Shown here in pieces: positions 29,481-39,039 of a stretch of DNA of 64,000 bases; position 1 is the first letter of the stretch, and each line of letters opens with the position of its first letter. The notes below the pieces were generated by a model. That model did no database searches, was not told where the DNA came from, and was given only the letters and a program-made list of their open reading frames with translations. The position numbers and the translations under genes were made by a program. This stretch comes from Methanosarcina sp. (GTDB taxonomy: Archaea; Halobacteriota; Methanosarcinia; Methanosarcinales; Methanosarcinaceae), in contig NZ_DAOOUJ010000004.1 of assembly GCF_035390745.1 (NCBI RefSeq), positions 1,375 through 65,374 of the forward strand. Direction: 5' to 3'.

Positions 29481-30397
29481 CTTACCAGACCTCCTCTGTG
29501 ATTTTTCATTTCAGGGTGTTTTCTTGAACACTCAATATTTGAGTACCTGCACCTTTCATGGAAAAAACAGCCGTCAGGAAGACTTATCCTGCTAGGGCTC
29601 TGTCCGCTAAGAGGTACAAGCCCGTTTCGAGGCTGAGCCCGGACAAGACCTTTTGTATAAGGGTGAAGAGGCATGCTCAGGACTTTTGAAGCCCCGTCCA
29701 GCTCCACAATCTCTCCTGCATACATCACTGCTATGCGGTCGCATACCTCAAGAGCCAGGTCAAGGTCGTGGGTAATCAGGAGCATTGTCTTTCCGTACTC
29801 TTTTTTTATTCTGGTGAATAGGTCAACTGCACCTGCCTTCGCTTCAGGGTCAAGACCCTTTGTTGGTTCGTCCGCAATCAGAATTTCGGGTTCAAAGGAA
29901 AGGGACATGCAGGCAATCAGCCGCTGCCTCATGCCTCCGGAAAGCTGGTGAGGATAGAGGCTGCAAAGTCTTTCGGGATCTCTCAAAAAGAGCTGTTTCA
30001 TAAGTTTCAGGGCTTTTCTCATTCCTTCTTTTTTTTCTGCCCTGGTTCCCTCAAACACTTCCTCCATTTGAATCCTGTTTTTCAGGACAGGGTTAAGGGC
30101 TCCTGCAGGGTTCTGGGGCATGAGGGAGATTTGTTTGCCCCGGATTTTCCGAAGTTCTGAAGGTTTAAGGGAAAGAATGTCCTGCCCCTGAAAAAGTATT
30201 TCTCCGGAAACCTTTGCATTTGCCTGAAGAAGCCTGAGCACGGCGAGTCCTATTACTGACTTTCCAGATCCGCTTTCCCCTATTATGCCGAAGGTCTCTC
30301 CCTCTTTTACCTCAAAAGAGACGTGAGAAACTGCTTTTACGGTATTTTCTCCTGCGGGGAACTCAATGGAGAGGTCTCTTATTTCAAGCAGGCTCAA
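29456..30397 (-). CDS. Peptide/nickel ABC transporter ATPase (DppD-like)
   Basis: GESGSGKS, YPHQLSGGMRQR, HPYTKGL, C-terminal Cys motif GCFFHERC. Confidence 0.93.
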   Translation of the reverse strand: MSLLEIRDLSIEFPAGENTVKAVSHVSFEVKEGETFGIIGESGSGKSVIGLAVLRLLQANAKVSGEILFQGQDILSLKPSELRKIRGKQISLMPQNPAGALNPVLKNRIQMEEVFEGTRAEKKEGMRKALKLMKQLFLRDPERLCSLYPHQLSGGMRQRLIACMSLSFEPEILIADEPTKGLDPEAKAGAVDLFTRIKKEYGKTMLLITHDLDLALEVCDRIAVMYAGEIVELDGASKVLSMPLHPYTKGLVRAQPRNGLVPLSGQSPSRISLPDGCFFHERCRYSNIECSRKHPEMKNHRGGLVRCHFRSLW

Positions 30398-31296
30398 TAG
30401 ATTTCACCTCCATCGTGGTTAGGGTCAAGAATATCCCTCATGCCGTCTCCCAGGATGCTGAAGATGACCACAATGAGGGTTATGGCAAGCCCGGGAAAGA
30501 TTGTCTGGTAAGGGGCTGTCCTCATGAATTCCTTGCCTGCGGAAAGCATTGCTCACCATTCAGGTACATCTGCAGGTAGCCCTATTCCGAGAAAACTCAG
30601 CGTGGCAATTGAGAGAATAACGTGTCCGAAATCGATTGTTGCAAGCACGAGAAGAGTGGCTATTGCATTGGGCACGATATGCTTCCGGATTATGTAGAAG
30701 TCTCCGGCTCCGCCTGTTATGGCGGAAAGAACAAATTCCTGTTTTTTGATGGAAAGAACCTGTCCCCGCATCATTCTTGCGTACTTTGCCCAGTGGACAA
30801 TCGAGAGGGCGAGCATCAGGTTGAAAACCCCGCCCCCAAGAACCCCCATAACCGCGAGGGCAAATATGACTCCGGGAAAAGAAAGGAAGATATCAATTAC
30901 CCTTGAAACGCTTTCGTCCATAAGTCCCCCATAATAACCTGCTGCACAACCCGCCGCAGTTCCCAGAAACAGGGAAATGAACACCACCCCTGAGGCAATC
31001 GAAAGAGAAGTCCTGGCTCCTATCAGGATTCTGCTGAGCAAATCCCTTCCAAGGTAATCTGTACCCAGAAGGTGTTCCTCTGAAGGATTCTGGTTTTTGT
31101 TCTTCAGGTCAATGGCGTTGGGGTCATAAGGAGATATCAGGGGAGCAAAAAGGGCGATCCCGATGAAAAGCAAAAGGGCTGCCAGAGCAAAAAGCATATC
31201 TTTTCTCTGGAAAACTCTTTTTGCAAATTCGTTTCCGTAAGCTTCAGGCAGTAAGAAGCTTTTTTTTCTTAATTTGTCAGCAAATGCATTGTCCAT
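30394..31296 (-). pseudogene. Peptide/nickel ABC permease (DppC-like) interrupted by in-frame TGA at 30553-30555
   Basis: VPEW-TGA-AMLSAGKEFMRTAPYQTIFPGLAITLIVVIFSILGDGMRDILDP: conserved EWGAML with GGA>TGA; frame stays open 52 more codons. Confidence 0.85.
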
Positions 31297-31300
31297 AGTA

Positions 31301-32242
31301 TCAGCCGTACCTTATCCGCGGGTCCAGATGCGTATAGAGCATATCCACAAGGAAATGCACAAGTAGGAACATCGTAACAATCGCAAGCACACAGCCCTGG
31401 ACAACAGGCAGGTCCCTTGCCGAAATCGAGTCCACAAGAAGGCTCCCTATCCCTGGCCAGGCAAAGATCTTTTCAATAACAACAGCTCCTCCAAGCAGGC
31501 TCCCCATCTGAAAACCAATCACTGTAATGACAGGGAGCATTGCGTTTTTAAGGGCGTGCCGGCTTATGATTTTCCATAAAGGAAGTCCTTTGGCTTTTGC
31601 AAACCTGATATATTCCTGCCCCAGGGTTTCAAGCATGCTTGTCCTTGTGACTCTCATAACCGAAGCAATGGAATGGAGGGAAAGAGCTGCTGCAGGTAAA
31701 AGCAGGTTTTCCAGGCTTCCATAACCTGCCACAGGCACAAGTTTCAGCTTCAGGGAAAATACCAGGATAAGAAGCAGGGCTACCCAGAAACCTGGCATAG
31801 AAACCCCAAAAAGCGTTACAACCCTCAGGATGTGGTCTGAAATCCGGTTTTCCCGGAGGGCAGAATAAATTCCAAGGCTTACTCCCACAAGCACTGAAAG
31901 CGCCATACTTGCCCCTGCAAGCTGGACAGTTGCCGGAAGGCGAAGAGCCAGAAGATAAAAGACCGGTTTTTTATAGACATAGGAGGTTCCAATATCTCCT
32001 CTCAATACTGCTTCTTTTACCCAGATGAAAAACTGAAGGTAAAGGGGGTCATCAAGATTGTACCTTCCTGATATCTGGCTGAGCTGCTCTTCGGTTGCAC
32101 TTTCTTCCAGCCCTACGAGGGTGTGCTTGAGAATTAACTCCGCCGTGCCCCCCGGAATCACGTTCATAAGGAAAAAAGTCAGGGCACAGACCGCAAAAAC
32201 CGTAAATGCCATGAAACCTGCCCTTTTTAAGAAATATTTCAT
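31301..32242 (-). CDS. Peptide/nickel ABC permease (DppB-like)
   Basis: EYIRFAKAKGL EAA loop; IEKIFAWPGIG; RDLPVVQG. Confidence 0.93.
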   Translation of the reverse strand: MKYFLKRAGFMAFTVFAVCALTFFLMNVIPGGTAELILKHTLVGLEESATEEQLSQISGRYNLDDPLYLQFFIWVKEAVLRGDIGTSYVYKKPVFYLLALRLPATVQLAGASMALSVLVGVSLGIYSALRENRISDHILRVVTLFGVSMPGFWVALLLILVFSLKLKLVPVAGYGSLENLLLPAAALSLHSIASVMRVTRTSMLETLGQEYIRFAKAKGLPLWKIISRHALKNAMLPVITVIGFQMGSLLGGAVVIEKIFAWPGIGSLLVDSISARDLPVVQGCVLAIVTMFLLVHFLVDMLYTHLDPRIRYG

Positions 32243-32327
32243 GTTTCCTCCTCTAAATGGACAGAAGGCAGGATTGCCTATCTATCCAGTGTTACTCCTG
32301 GTGAAGGGAAATTCAAAAGGAAATTTA

Positions 32328-32354
32328 GGGGCACAGACCTTAGCTCTGCACCCC
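32328..32354 (-). terminator. Intercistronic stem-loop after the substrate-binding protein gene
   Basis: Minus-strand GGGGUGCAGA-gcuaagg-UCUGUGCCCC: 10-bp stem with 2 G-U pairs, followed by U-rich sequence. Confidence 0.6.
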
Positions 32355-32373
32355 ATCAAGAATCCTCTTGTTT

Positions 32374-34014
32374 TCACTTTTCGAGGTACATTTCTGCATT
32401 TATACGGTAATCGTGGGCGGTAGGGTCGAAAACATAGCCCTTTACGTAATCTTTCTTTACAATTGCACAGCCGTAGTAAGCCACAATGATCATGGGCTGT
32501 TCGTCGTACACGATGGCTTCTACCTCATTGAACTTCTTATAGCGCTCCTCGAGGTCAGTGATTTTTCTGGCTTCCGTTATCAAGGAATCAACTTTCGGAT
32601 TTGAGTACCCGGGTCCGTTGTCAGGTCCGCCTGTCATGTACCAGTTTGTCAGAATATATTCAGGATCAGGAACCATTGCAATGTTGTAGGCTGCAAGGTA
32701 AAGGTCCCAGTTTCCTTTTTCTCTTCTGTCATCTATTGCCCCCATCTCCATCACTTCTGTCTCCACATCTATGCCTGCCTCTTTCAATTGGGCAGCCATA
32801 GCTTCAGCCATTGGGGGAAGTCCTGGCCTTGCGGAATAGGTTATCAGGTTGAGCTTGAGAGGCTTTCCATCTTTGTCCCTTATTCCATCTCCGTCAGTGT
32901 CCACCCAGCCTGCGGCTGTCAGGAGTTCATCGGCTTTTTCAAGGTCCCTTGTGTAAGGGCTCAGGTTCTTATTTGCCCAGACCATTGTGGGGAGGAAGGG
33001 GCCTGCAGCAGCTTCTCCTACATTATAGAGCACGTTTTCAACGATTTCTGCCCTGTCAATGGCATAGGACATCGCCTGCCTGACTCTGACATCTTCAAGA
33101 GGTTCATGCTTCAGGTTGACGTCGATTTTGTAGACCCTGGGAGTTTTGTATTTCTCCACGTTAATGCCGTCTATAGCATCAATCCTGTCAGTTTCGCTGT
33201 AGGGCACATCAACAGTAAAGTCAACTTCCCCATTTTCGATTGCCATCGCTCTTGTGTTCGGGTCAGGTATTCCTTTAAGGACCATTTTATCAAGCCCTAC
33301 TTCTCCTCCCCACCAGTTTTCGTTCTTAACTACAGTTAGGACTCTGGTCTGCTCGTCAAAGGATTCGAATTTATACGGGCCTGTTCCTACGGGTTTTACG
33401 AACTCTCCGTTTTCGTCAAAAGAAGATGGGCTTATTATTGCAGTGTCGGGATAATGGAGAATTCCGGGCAGGATGGGATTTATTTCAGTGGTTTTGATTT
33501 TGAGGGTATAGTTGTCAACTACTTCCATGGAATCTATTTTGAGCATGGAAGCAACCCTCTGGTTTGCTTCAGTGACTTTCTCCAGGGTGAATTTGACTTC
33601 ATTTGCAGTCATCGGGCTTCCATCATGGAAGGTAACATTCTCTCTTAGCTTAAATTCCCAGGTGTTTTCATCAAGCTGTTCCCAGGAAGTTGCAAGCCCG
33701 GGTTTCAGGGAAAAGTCTTCATTTGCACCAACGAGGGTTTCGGTTACTGCAGCTTTCTCGCAGATCAGCGTTCCACCGTCTCCGTCAATAGTGTTAATCG
33801 AGTCGATTTCCCACATTTCACCAAGTACAAGTGTATTATCTTCAGAGTTTCCTTCTGCCTGCGAGGCAGCATCAGATCCTGATGCCATTTCCATCCCGGA
33901 GACTGCTTCTTTTTCTTCGCTTTCTTCTGTACTGCTGCATCCGGAAATCACCAGAAAGGAGCAGGTCAGCAGGATAATTAACAATACAAACAGGGGGGAG
34001 CTTTTATTTTTCAT
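32374..34014 (-). CDS. Family 5 (peptide/nickel) ABC substrate-binding lipoprotein
   Basis: Lipobox LVISGC; KLRENVTFHDGSPMTANEVKFT; PVGTGPYK. Confidence 0.93.
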   Translation of the reverse strand: MKNKSSPLFVLLIILLTCSFLVISGCSSTEESEEKEAVSGMEMASGSDAASQAEGNSEDNTLVLGEMWEIDSINTIDGDGGTLICEKAAVTETLVGANEDFSLKPGLATSWEQLDENTWEFKLRENVTFHDGSPMTANEVKFTLEKVTEANQRVASMLKIDSMEVVDNYTLKIKTTEINPILPGILHYPDTAIISPSSFDENGEFVKPVGTGPYKFESFDEQTRVLTVVKNENWWGGEVGLDKMVLKGIPDPNTRAMAIENGEVDFTVDVPYSETDRIDAIDGINVEKYKTPRVYKIDVNLKHEPLEDVRVRQAMSYAIDRAEIVENVLYNVGEAAAGPFLPTMVWANKNLSPYTRDLEKADELLTAAGWVDTDGDGIRDKDGKPLKLNLITYSARPGLPPMAEAMAAQLKEAGIDVETEVMEMGAIDDRREKGNWDLYLAAYNIAMVPDPEYILTNWYMTGGPDNGPGYSNPKVDSLITEARKITDLEERYKKFNEVEAIVYDEQPMIIVAYYGCAIVKKDYVKGYVFDPTAHDYRINAEMYLEK

Positions 34015-34043
34015 TTCGGAATCTCCATTTTTTTTAATGATTT

Positions 34044-34813
34044 TTACTTCCGGCCGCAGATGAGGTAGTACTGGTAACTGCGTACAATCTGTTCGCCTAA
34101 AGGCATGTTTTCTTTCTGGGCCTCTCTTACCTCTTTCAGGTCAAAAACCTGGATTTTTTCAAAACCCGTATTCGACAGGTACTCCTTCACTTTTTCAAGT
34201 GGAGCCCCTCCGGCGTGGGGAGCCGGGCTTTAAGTTCATCCGAATATCCGGCGTGCCCTTTTCTGGGATCTTTTCTCTCAAGCAGAAGGGTTAAAAGGGC
34301 GCCTGCACTTCTGCGGACTCTGGACTCCAGGGTCCCGCTGTCCCACACTCCATCTATAATCACAACCTTCCCATTTTTCCGGAGAACCCTCTTCCAGTTC
34401 TCGATGGCTTTTTTTGGGTTCGGAAGGGTCCACAGAAGATGGCGGCTGAACACAATGTCAAAAGAGGATGTATCAAAAGGAGGGTTTTCTGCGTCTCCTT
34501 CCTCAAAGGTTATGTCAGCTCCACGGGATTCAGCCTTTGTTTTTGCTGTTTTCAGCATCTGTCTGGAAATATCAATTCCAGTAACCTTATGCCCCATCTC
34601 AGCAAACAGCAAGCTTAATTCTCCTGTCCCGCAGCCGACATCAAGAATTTTTAAATCCTTTTTCGGAAAAACTTCCTGAAAAGCACGCTTCCAGGCATCT
34701 TTTTCTCTCTGGCTCTGAATCCCGTGCCCGGCATGAGTATCAAAAGTTTCGGATGCAAGGTCCCATTTATGGGCTACCATCTCTTTGATCTGGATTTCTG
34801 AAGAAGACATCAA
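34044..34813 (-). pseudogene. Class I SAM-dependent methyltransferase, frameshifted (paralog of 28015-28776)
   Basis: ILDVGCGTG; a 1-nt deletion in the G4 run at 34217-34220; restored frame gives LPHAGGAPLEKVKEYL...YYLICGRK*, matching the paralog end YHLICGEN*. Confidence 0.85.
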
Positions 34814-34832
34814 TCAGTACTTGCCTATCTTA

Positions 34833-34860
34833 TAATTAATAATTTTCTATTTTGTAATAC
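34833..34860. promoter_or_regulatory. Possible NikR-type operator
   Basis: TAATTA-N16-TAATAC, 20 nt upstream of the operon; NikR half-site spacing, left half imperfect. Confidence 0.3.
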
Positions 34861-35478
34861 TAATTGTAATTATTATCTTTTTTTGTAACATTAAGTTCCA
34901 GTGTTATTATTTTTGTGATTACAAAAACGATACTGTTATCTACGGATGTCTTATCTGGTACACGGTTGAAAATTAGAAGCTTCTCTTTTTCGAGGGGTTT
35001 TACGCCATGAAAGCTTGTTTCAGATGGCTAAACTTCTTCACGCTAATTTTTCTTTGTATCGTTTTTATGCGATCATAACATGGCAGGTTGAACTCGGGTC
35101 TGGGCACAGGATAGAAATTCCTGAAGATTTCAGACAGGCTGCCCGGAACACTAACATATTTTGTTTCCCAGGGACAAGCGGGATTTTGTTAAAAAAGTTC
35201 TCATTATTCTCTGTTTTTAAAGGAAAATCTCTTTTTGATCGATAATTTTATAAAATACCTGTTTATATATTTTGAGCGCGAAAGCCCTGTCTTCCGCTTT
35301 TATAGATATGTTGAGCTTTACATATCTGGAAGTTGTAGAGTTCTGGCTGGTGTTTTTTTCTGTGTCCGGCCGATTACGTGGGACTCTGTCCTTTATGTTG
35401 AAACTTCGCCCCAACCCATATTACAAATATAAATAAGTCCTGTAAAAAAGTTACCTATAAATACAGTGTATCCTTCTG

Positions 35479-35502
35479 CGTTATGTTGGAATTTACATAA
35501 TT
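35479..35502. promoter_or_regulatory. Putative ModE box 1 upstream of fmdE
   Basis: CGTTATGT-tggaattt-ACATAATT. Confidence 0.75.
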
Positions 35503-35570
35503 AATTTCTCTAAATCACCTGATTGTCTAACATTTACCTTATTTACTTTATCTATATTCAATATCTTTAG

Positions 35571-35594
35571 CGTTATGTTTATTTGAACATAACG
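35571..35594. promoter_or_regulatory. Putative ModE box 2 upstream of fmdE
   Basis: Perfect CGTTATGT-ttatttga-ACATAACG palindrome. Confidence 0.85.
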
Positions 35595-35651
35595 GTGAAA
35601 CCCACGGTGGTGTACACATTGCATAAGAATTCAGATCAAGAGAAACACAAC

Positions 35652-36221
35652 ATGGAAGCGATCCTGAAGCAGGTAAAGGACCCTGAGTTGCTTTCACAGA
35701 TTGAAAAGGTCGTCCCCTTTCACGGCTTCCTTACCTCAGGGGCATTAATTGGCATTCAGATGCTCAATATTGCACGAAGGGAGCTTAATGTCCGGGAAGG
35801 GGAGCGCATATACGTGACCTGCGAAACAAAAAGCTGCATGCCCGACCCCTTCCAGATCCTCTCCGGAGCCACAATCGGGAACGGCGGGTTGAAGATCAAT
35901 AACTTTGGGAAAATGGCGGTCACGGTAAACAAACAGGCACCTGAAGGAGTGAACGGCATAAAAGGTATCAGGATCTACCTTGATCCTGAAAAAACGAAAG
36001 ACTATCCCAAACTCCATGCTTGGTACCTTAACACTGAAAAGTTTCACCATGAAGAAATTGTGCCTATCCTTCTGGAAGCCGGGGAAAAGGTGTATTCCTG
36101 GAAATTTATGGACCTGGAAGTTCCGGTTAGAATGAAAAAGCGGATACAGTGCTGCGAAAAATGCGGTGAAATGTTCATTCAACACGATAATGAGCTGCTG
36201 TGCGGCGGATGCACAGAATAA
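35652..36221 (+). CDS. fmdE: Formylmethanofuran dehydrogenase subunit E
   Basis: FHGFLTSGALIG, CETKSCMPDPFQ, C-terminal CEKC..CGGC Zn finger; the TTG 35583 start of the ORF track lies inside the operator. Confidence 0.9.
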   Translation: MEAILKQVKDPELLSQIEKVVPFHGFLTSGALIGIQMLNIARRELNVREGERIYVTCETKSCMPDPFQILSGATIGNGGLKINNFGKMAVTVNKQAPEGVNGIKGIRIYLDPEKTKDYPKLHAWYLNTEKFHHEEIVPILLEAGEKVYSWKFMDLEVPVRMKKRIQCCEKCGEMFIQHDNELLCGGCTE

Positions 36222-36239
36222 CGTTGAGAGGTAAATAAA

Positions 36240-37280
36240 ATGCAAGATGAGATGCGATTGTCAGTCTTTTCCGAGAAAAAAGACCGGCAGCTGGTCTATA
36301 AGCCTGAAAAATGTATTGGCTGTGGGACCTGCGTACAGGCATGCCCCAAAGGCACCCTTTCTATAGGTGCCGTGGGAGCTGTAGCTAGAGGGTTACTGGA
36401 TGCTGATTTTCTTGAAATGGCAAAAAGTGAAGAGTGCCTTGTCTGTGGGATCTGTGCAAAAGTCTGCCCCACAGGCGCTCTTGAATTGAAGCAGGAAGGA
36501 AAACCCCTCACAGACATGTCCTATATCTCAAAGGCAGTGAGGCCAACGTCAGTAACCGAAAGCTGCGTCCACTGCGGTCTCTGTGAGGATATCTGCCCCC
36601 AGGGCTGTATTGAGGTTACCCGGAAAATTTCAGCAGACGGAAAACTGAAGCTGGTCGGAAAGACCCATATTGATACCGAGTGCTGCGTCCACTGCGGCTG
36701 GTGTGCTGCAGTATGTCCTGTAAACGCTATTTCCGTGGAAAAGCCCTTTGAAGGGCGCTGGACCAGGGCTGAAGATGTCTGCCAGACCTGCCACACATGT
36801 ATTGATGTCTGTCCTGCAAATGCCCTTTTCAATAAAAAAGCAAAATCCGGAGAAAGGGTTGAAAAGATAACACACCGGCCTGACGCCTGCATTTACTGCG
36901 GAGCCTGTGCGGTTGCCTGTCCTGTGGATGCCATTGATGTCCGAAAAACTGCAATTCTTCCGGAAATGGAGAAAAAGGGTGTCCTCGAGAAAAAGCTGAT
37001 TGAAGCTCCTGTCCCTGCCGCCGCGCTTCGCACCCGCATCGAAAAGGATGAATATGCTTGCCTTGGCTGCGGAAACTGTGTGATCGTCTGTCCGGTAAAC
37101 GCTCTCGATAACCGCGAACTTGCTGCCGGCTACCTGTACGAAATGGATGAAAAAGCTATCCTTGAAGTCAGAAACGGGAAAGTTTCGGTCGTAAACCAGG
37201 AACGCTGCGGAGGGGATGGGACCTGCGCCCTTATCTGCCCTGTAAATGCGGTCTGGCTTGTGAAAAAAGAGGTGGAATAA
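36240..37280 (+). CDS. fmdF: Formylmethanofuran dehydrogenase polyferredoxin subunit F
   Basis: Eight CxxCxxCxxxCP-type motifs (last is CGGDGTC). Confidence 0.95.
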   Translation: MQDEMRLSVFSEKKDRQLVYKPEKCIGCGTCVQACPKGTLSIGAVGAVARGLLDADFLEMAKSEECLVCGICAKVCPTGALELKQEGKPLTDMSYISKAVRPTSVTESCVHCGLCEDICPQGCIEVTRKISADGKLKLVGKTHIDTECCVHCGWCAAVCPVNAISVEKPFEGRWTRAEDVCQTCHTCIDVCPANALFNKKAKSGERVEKITHRPDACIYCGACAVACPVDAIDVRKTAILPEMEKKGVLEKKLIEAPVPAAALRTRIEKDEYACLGCGNCVIVCPVNALDNRELAAGYLYEMDEKAILEVRNGKVSVVNQERCGGDGTCALICPVNAVWLVKKEVE

Positions 37281-39035
37281 ATGGCAGGAACAATTGCAAT
37301 CAAGAACGGATACGTCTTTGATCCCCTCAACGAGATAAATGGGGAGAAAATGGACATCTTCATCAGGGGCGGGAAAGTAGTAAAAGAGCTTTCTGCAGCC
37401 GAAATGAAAACGTCAAAAGTTATCGATGCCTCAGGAATGACCGTTATGCCCGGAGGGGTTGACTCCCACTCCCACGTTGCAGGTGCAAAGGTTAATGCCG
37501 GCAGGTCGATGCGCCCTGAAGACCACTATAAAGCAAATCTTAAGAAAACTGCGCTCACCCATTCAGGTTCAGGATATACCGTCCCCTCTGTTTACAAACA
37601 GGGATACGATTACGCAGCAATGGGCTACACAACGGTTTTTGAAGCTGCGGTTCCTCCTCTCGAAGCCCGGCACACCCATGAAGAAATGTGTGCAACTCCG
37701 CTTCTTGATATGGGCGGTTACCTTGTTCTCGGAAACAACTTTTTCCTGATGCGCTACCTCCGGAACGGCGACATGGAAAAGGCGGCTGCTTATGTTGCCT
37801 GGATGATGAAGACCCACAAGACCTACGGGATCAAATGTGTCAACCCCGCGGGAGTTGAAAACTGGGCATGGGGCAAGAACATACATTCTCTTGACGAAAC
37901 CAACATCCACTTCGAGGTCACCCCAAGAGAGATCATCAAAGGGCTTACTGAAATCAACGAAACCCTCGGCATGCCGATGCCCCTCCATCTGCATGCAAAC
38001 AACCTGGGACACCCTGGCTGCTATGCAATTACCAAGGATTCCCTCAAAATCCCTGATGGGGTAAAGACAAAACAGAACATGGATGTCGAATGGGCGGAAA
38101 CCAAAATGGACCCTTCAAGGGACCGTTCCGTATACCTCACTCACATGATGTTCAACAGTTTTGCAGGCACAACATGGGCAGACTGCGAATCCGGTGTTAA
38201 GGATATTACAGACTACATAAACAACAGGGACCATGTGGTAATCGACAGCGGATGCACTCCTTTCGGAGAAGCGACAGTCATGACAGGAGACGGACCTGCC
38301 ATCCACGATATTTATGCCCTTACAGGAAACAAATGGTCGAACACTGACGTTGAAATGGAATGCGGCTCAGGCGTCATTCCATTTACCTACCTCAAGTCCA
38401 ATCCTGTTCACAGCCTGCAATGGGCAATGGGTCTTGAATGTCTCCTGCTTATAAATGACCCCTGGAAGACAATCATGACCACAGACAGTCCCAACGGCGG
38501 GCCGTTTACTAAATATCCTGAGGTTATGACCTGGATCATGTCCGAGGCTTTCAGGAAGCAGACTTTTAGCGAGTGCCACAAGTGGGCAAATGACAGGAGT
38601 GCACTCGGTGGCGTAAACCGTGAGCTATCCCTCTATGACCTTGCGATCCTTACCAGAGCCAACCCTGCAAAGACAATCGGTATGGTTCACAGAAAAGGTT
38701 CTCTCGGTGTGGGTGCGGATGGAGACGTTACAGTCTACAACATAAACCCGCAGCAGCTTGACGCAAACAATTATGAAGCTCTTCTCAGGGCTTTCAGGAA
38801 GGCAGAATACACCGTAAAGGGCGGCGAAATCGTTGCTGTAAAGGGAGAGATTGTTTCCCTGCCCGAGAAGCGGACTTACTATTCCGAAGTGCATGTTGAA
38901 AACGAGCGGGAAAAAGAGATGCTGGCTGACGTGAAGGAGTGGTTCAGGTACTATACTCTTGGTTTTGCCAACTACCCTACTCCGGAGAAATATCTGGAAA
39001 ACCCAACTCCCATACAGGTTAACGGTGAGAGGTGA
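37281..39035 (+). CDS. fmdA: Formylmethanofuran dehydrogenase subunit A
   Basis: PGGVDSHSHVAG amidohydrolase; LHLHANNLG; TTDSPNGGPF. Confidence 0.97.
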   Translation: MAGTIAIKNGYVFDPLNEINGEKMDIFIRGGKVVKELSAAEMKTSKVIDASGMTVMPGGVDSHSHVAGAKVNAGRSMRPEDHYKANLKKTALTHSGSGYTVPSVYKQGYDYAAMGYTTVFEAAVPPLEARHTHEEMCATPLLDMGGYLVLGNNFFLMRYLRNGDMEKAAAYVAWMMKTHKTYGIKCVNPAGVENWAWGKNIHSLDETNIHFEVTPREIIKGLTEINETLGMPMPLHLHANNLGHPGCYAITKDSLKIPDGVKTKQNMDVEWAETKMDPSRDRSVYLTHMMFNSFAGTTWADCESGVKDITDYINNRDHVVIDSGCTPFGEATVMTGDGPAIHDIYALTGNKWSNTDVEMECGSGVIPFTYLKSNPVHSLQWAMGLECLLLINDPWKTIMTTDSPNGGPFTKYPEVMTWIMSEAFRKQTFSECHKWANDRSALGGVNRELSLYDLAILTRANPAKTIGMVHRKGSLGVGADGDVTVYNINPQQLDANNYEALLRAFRKAEYTVKGGEIVAVKGEIVSLPEKRTYYSEVHVENEREKEMLADVKEWFRYYTLGFANYPTPEKYLENPTPIQVNGER

Positions 39036-39039
39036 AGTC

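Noticed and set aside
35217-35432. Two opposing 65-aa ORFs between the ABC operon and fmdE
   Set aside because: Weak starts, no RBS, no recognisable motif; cannot be supported
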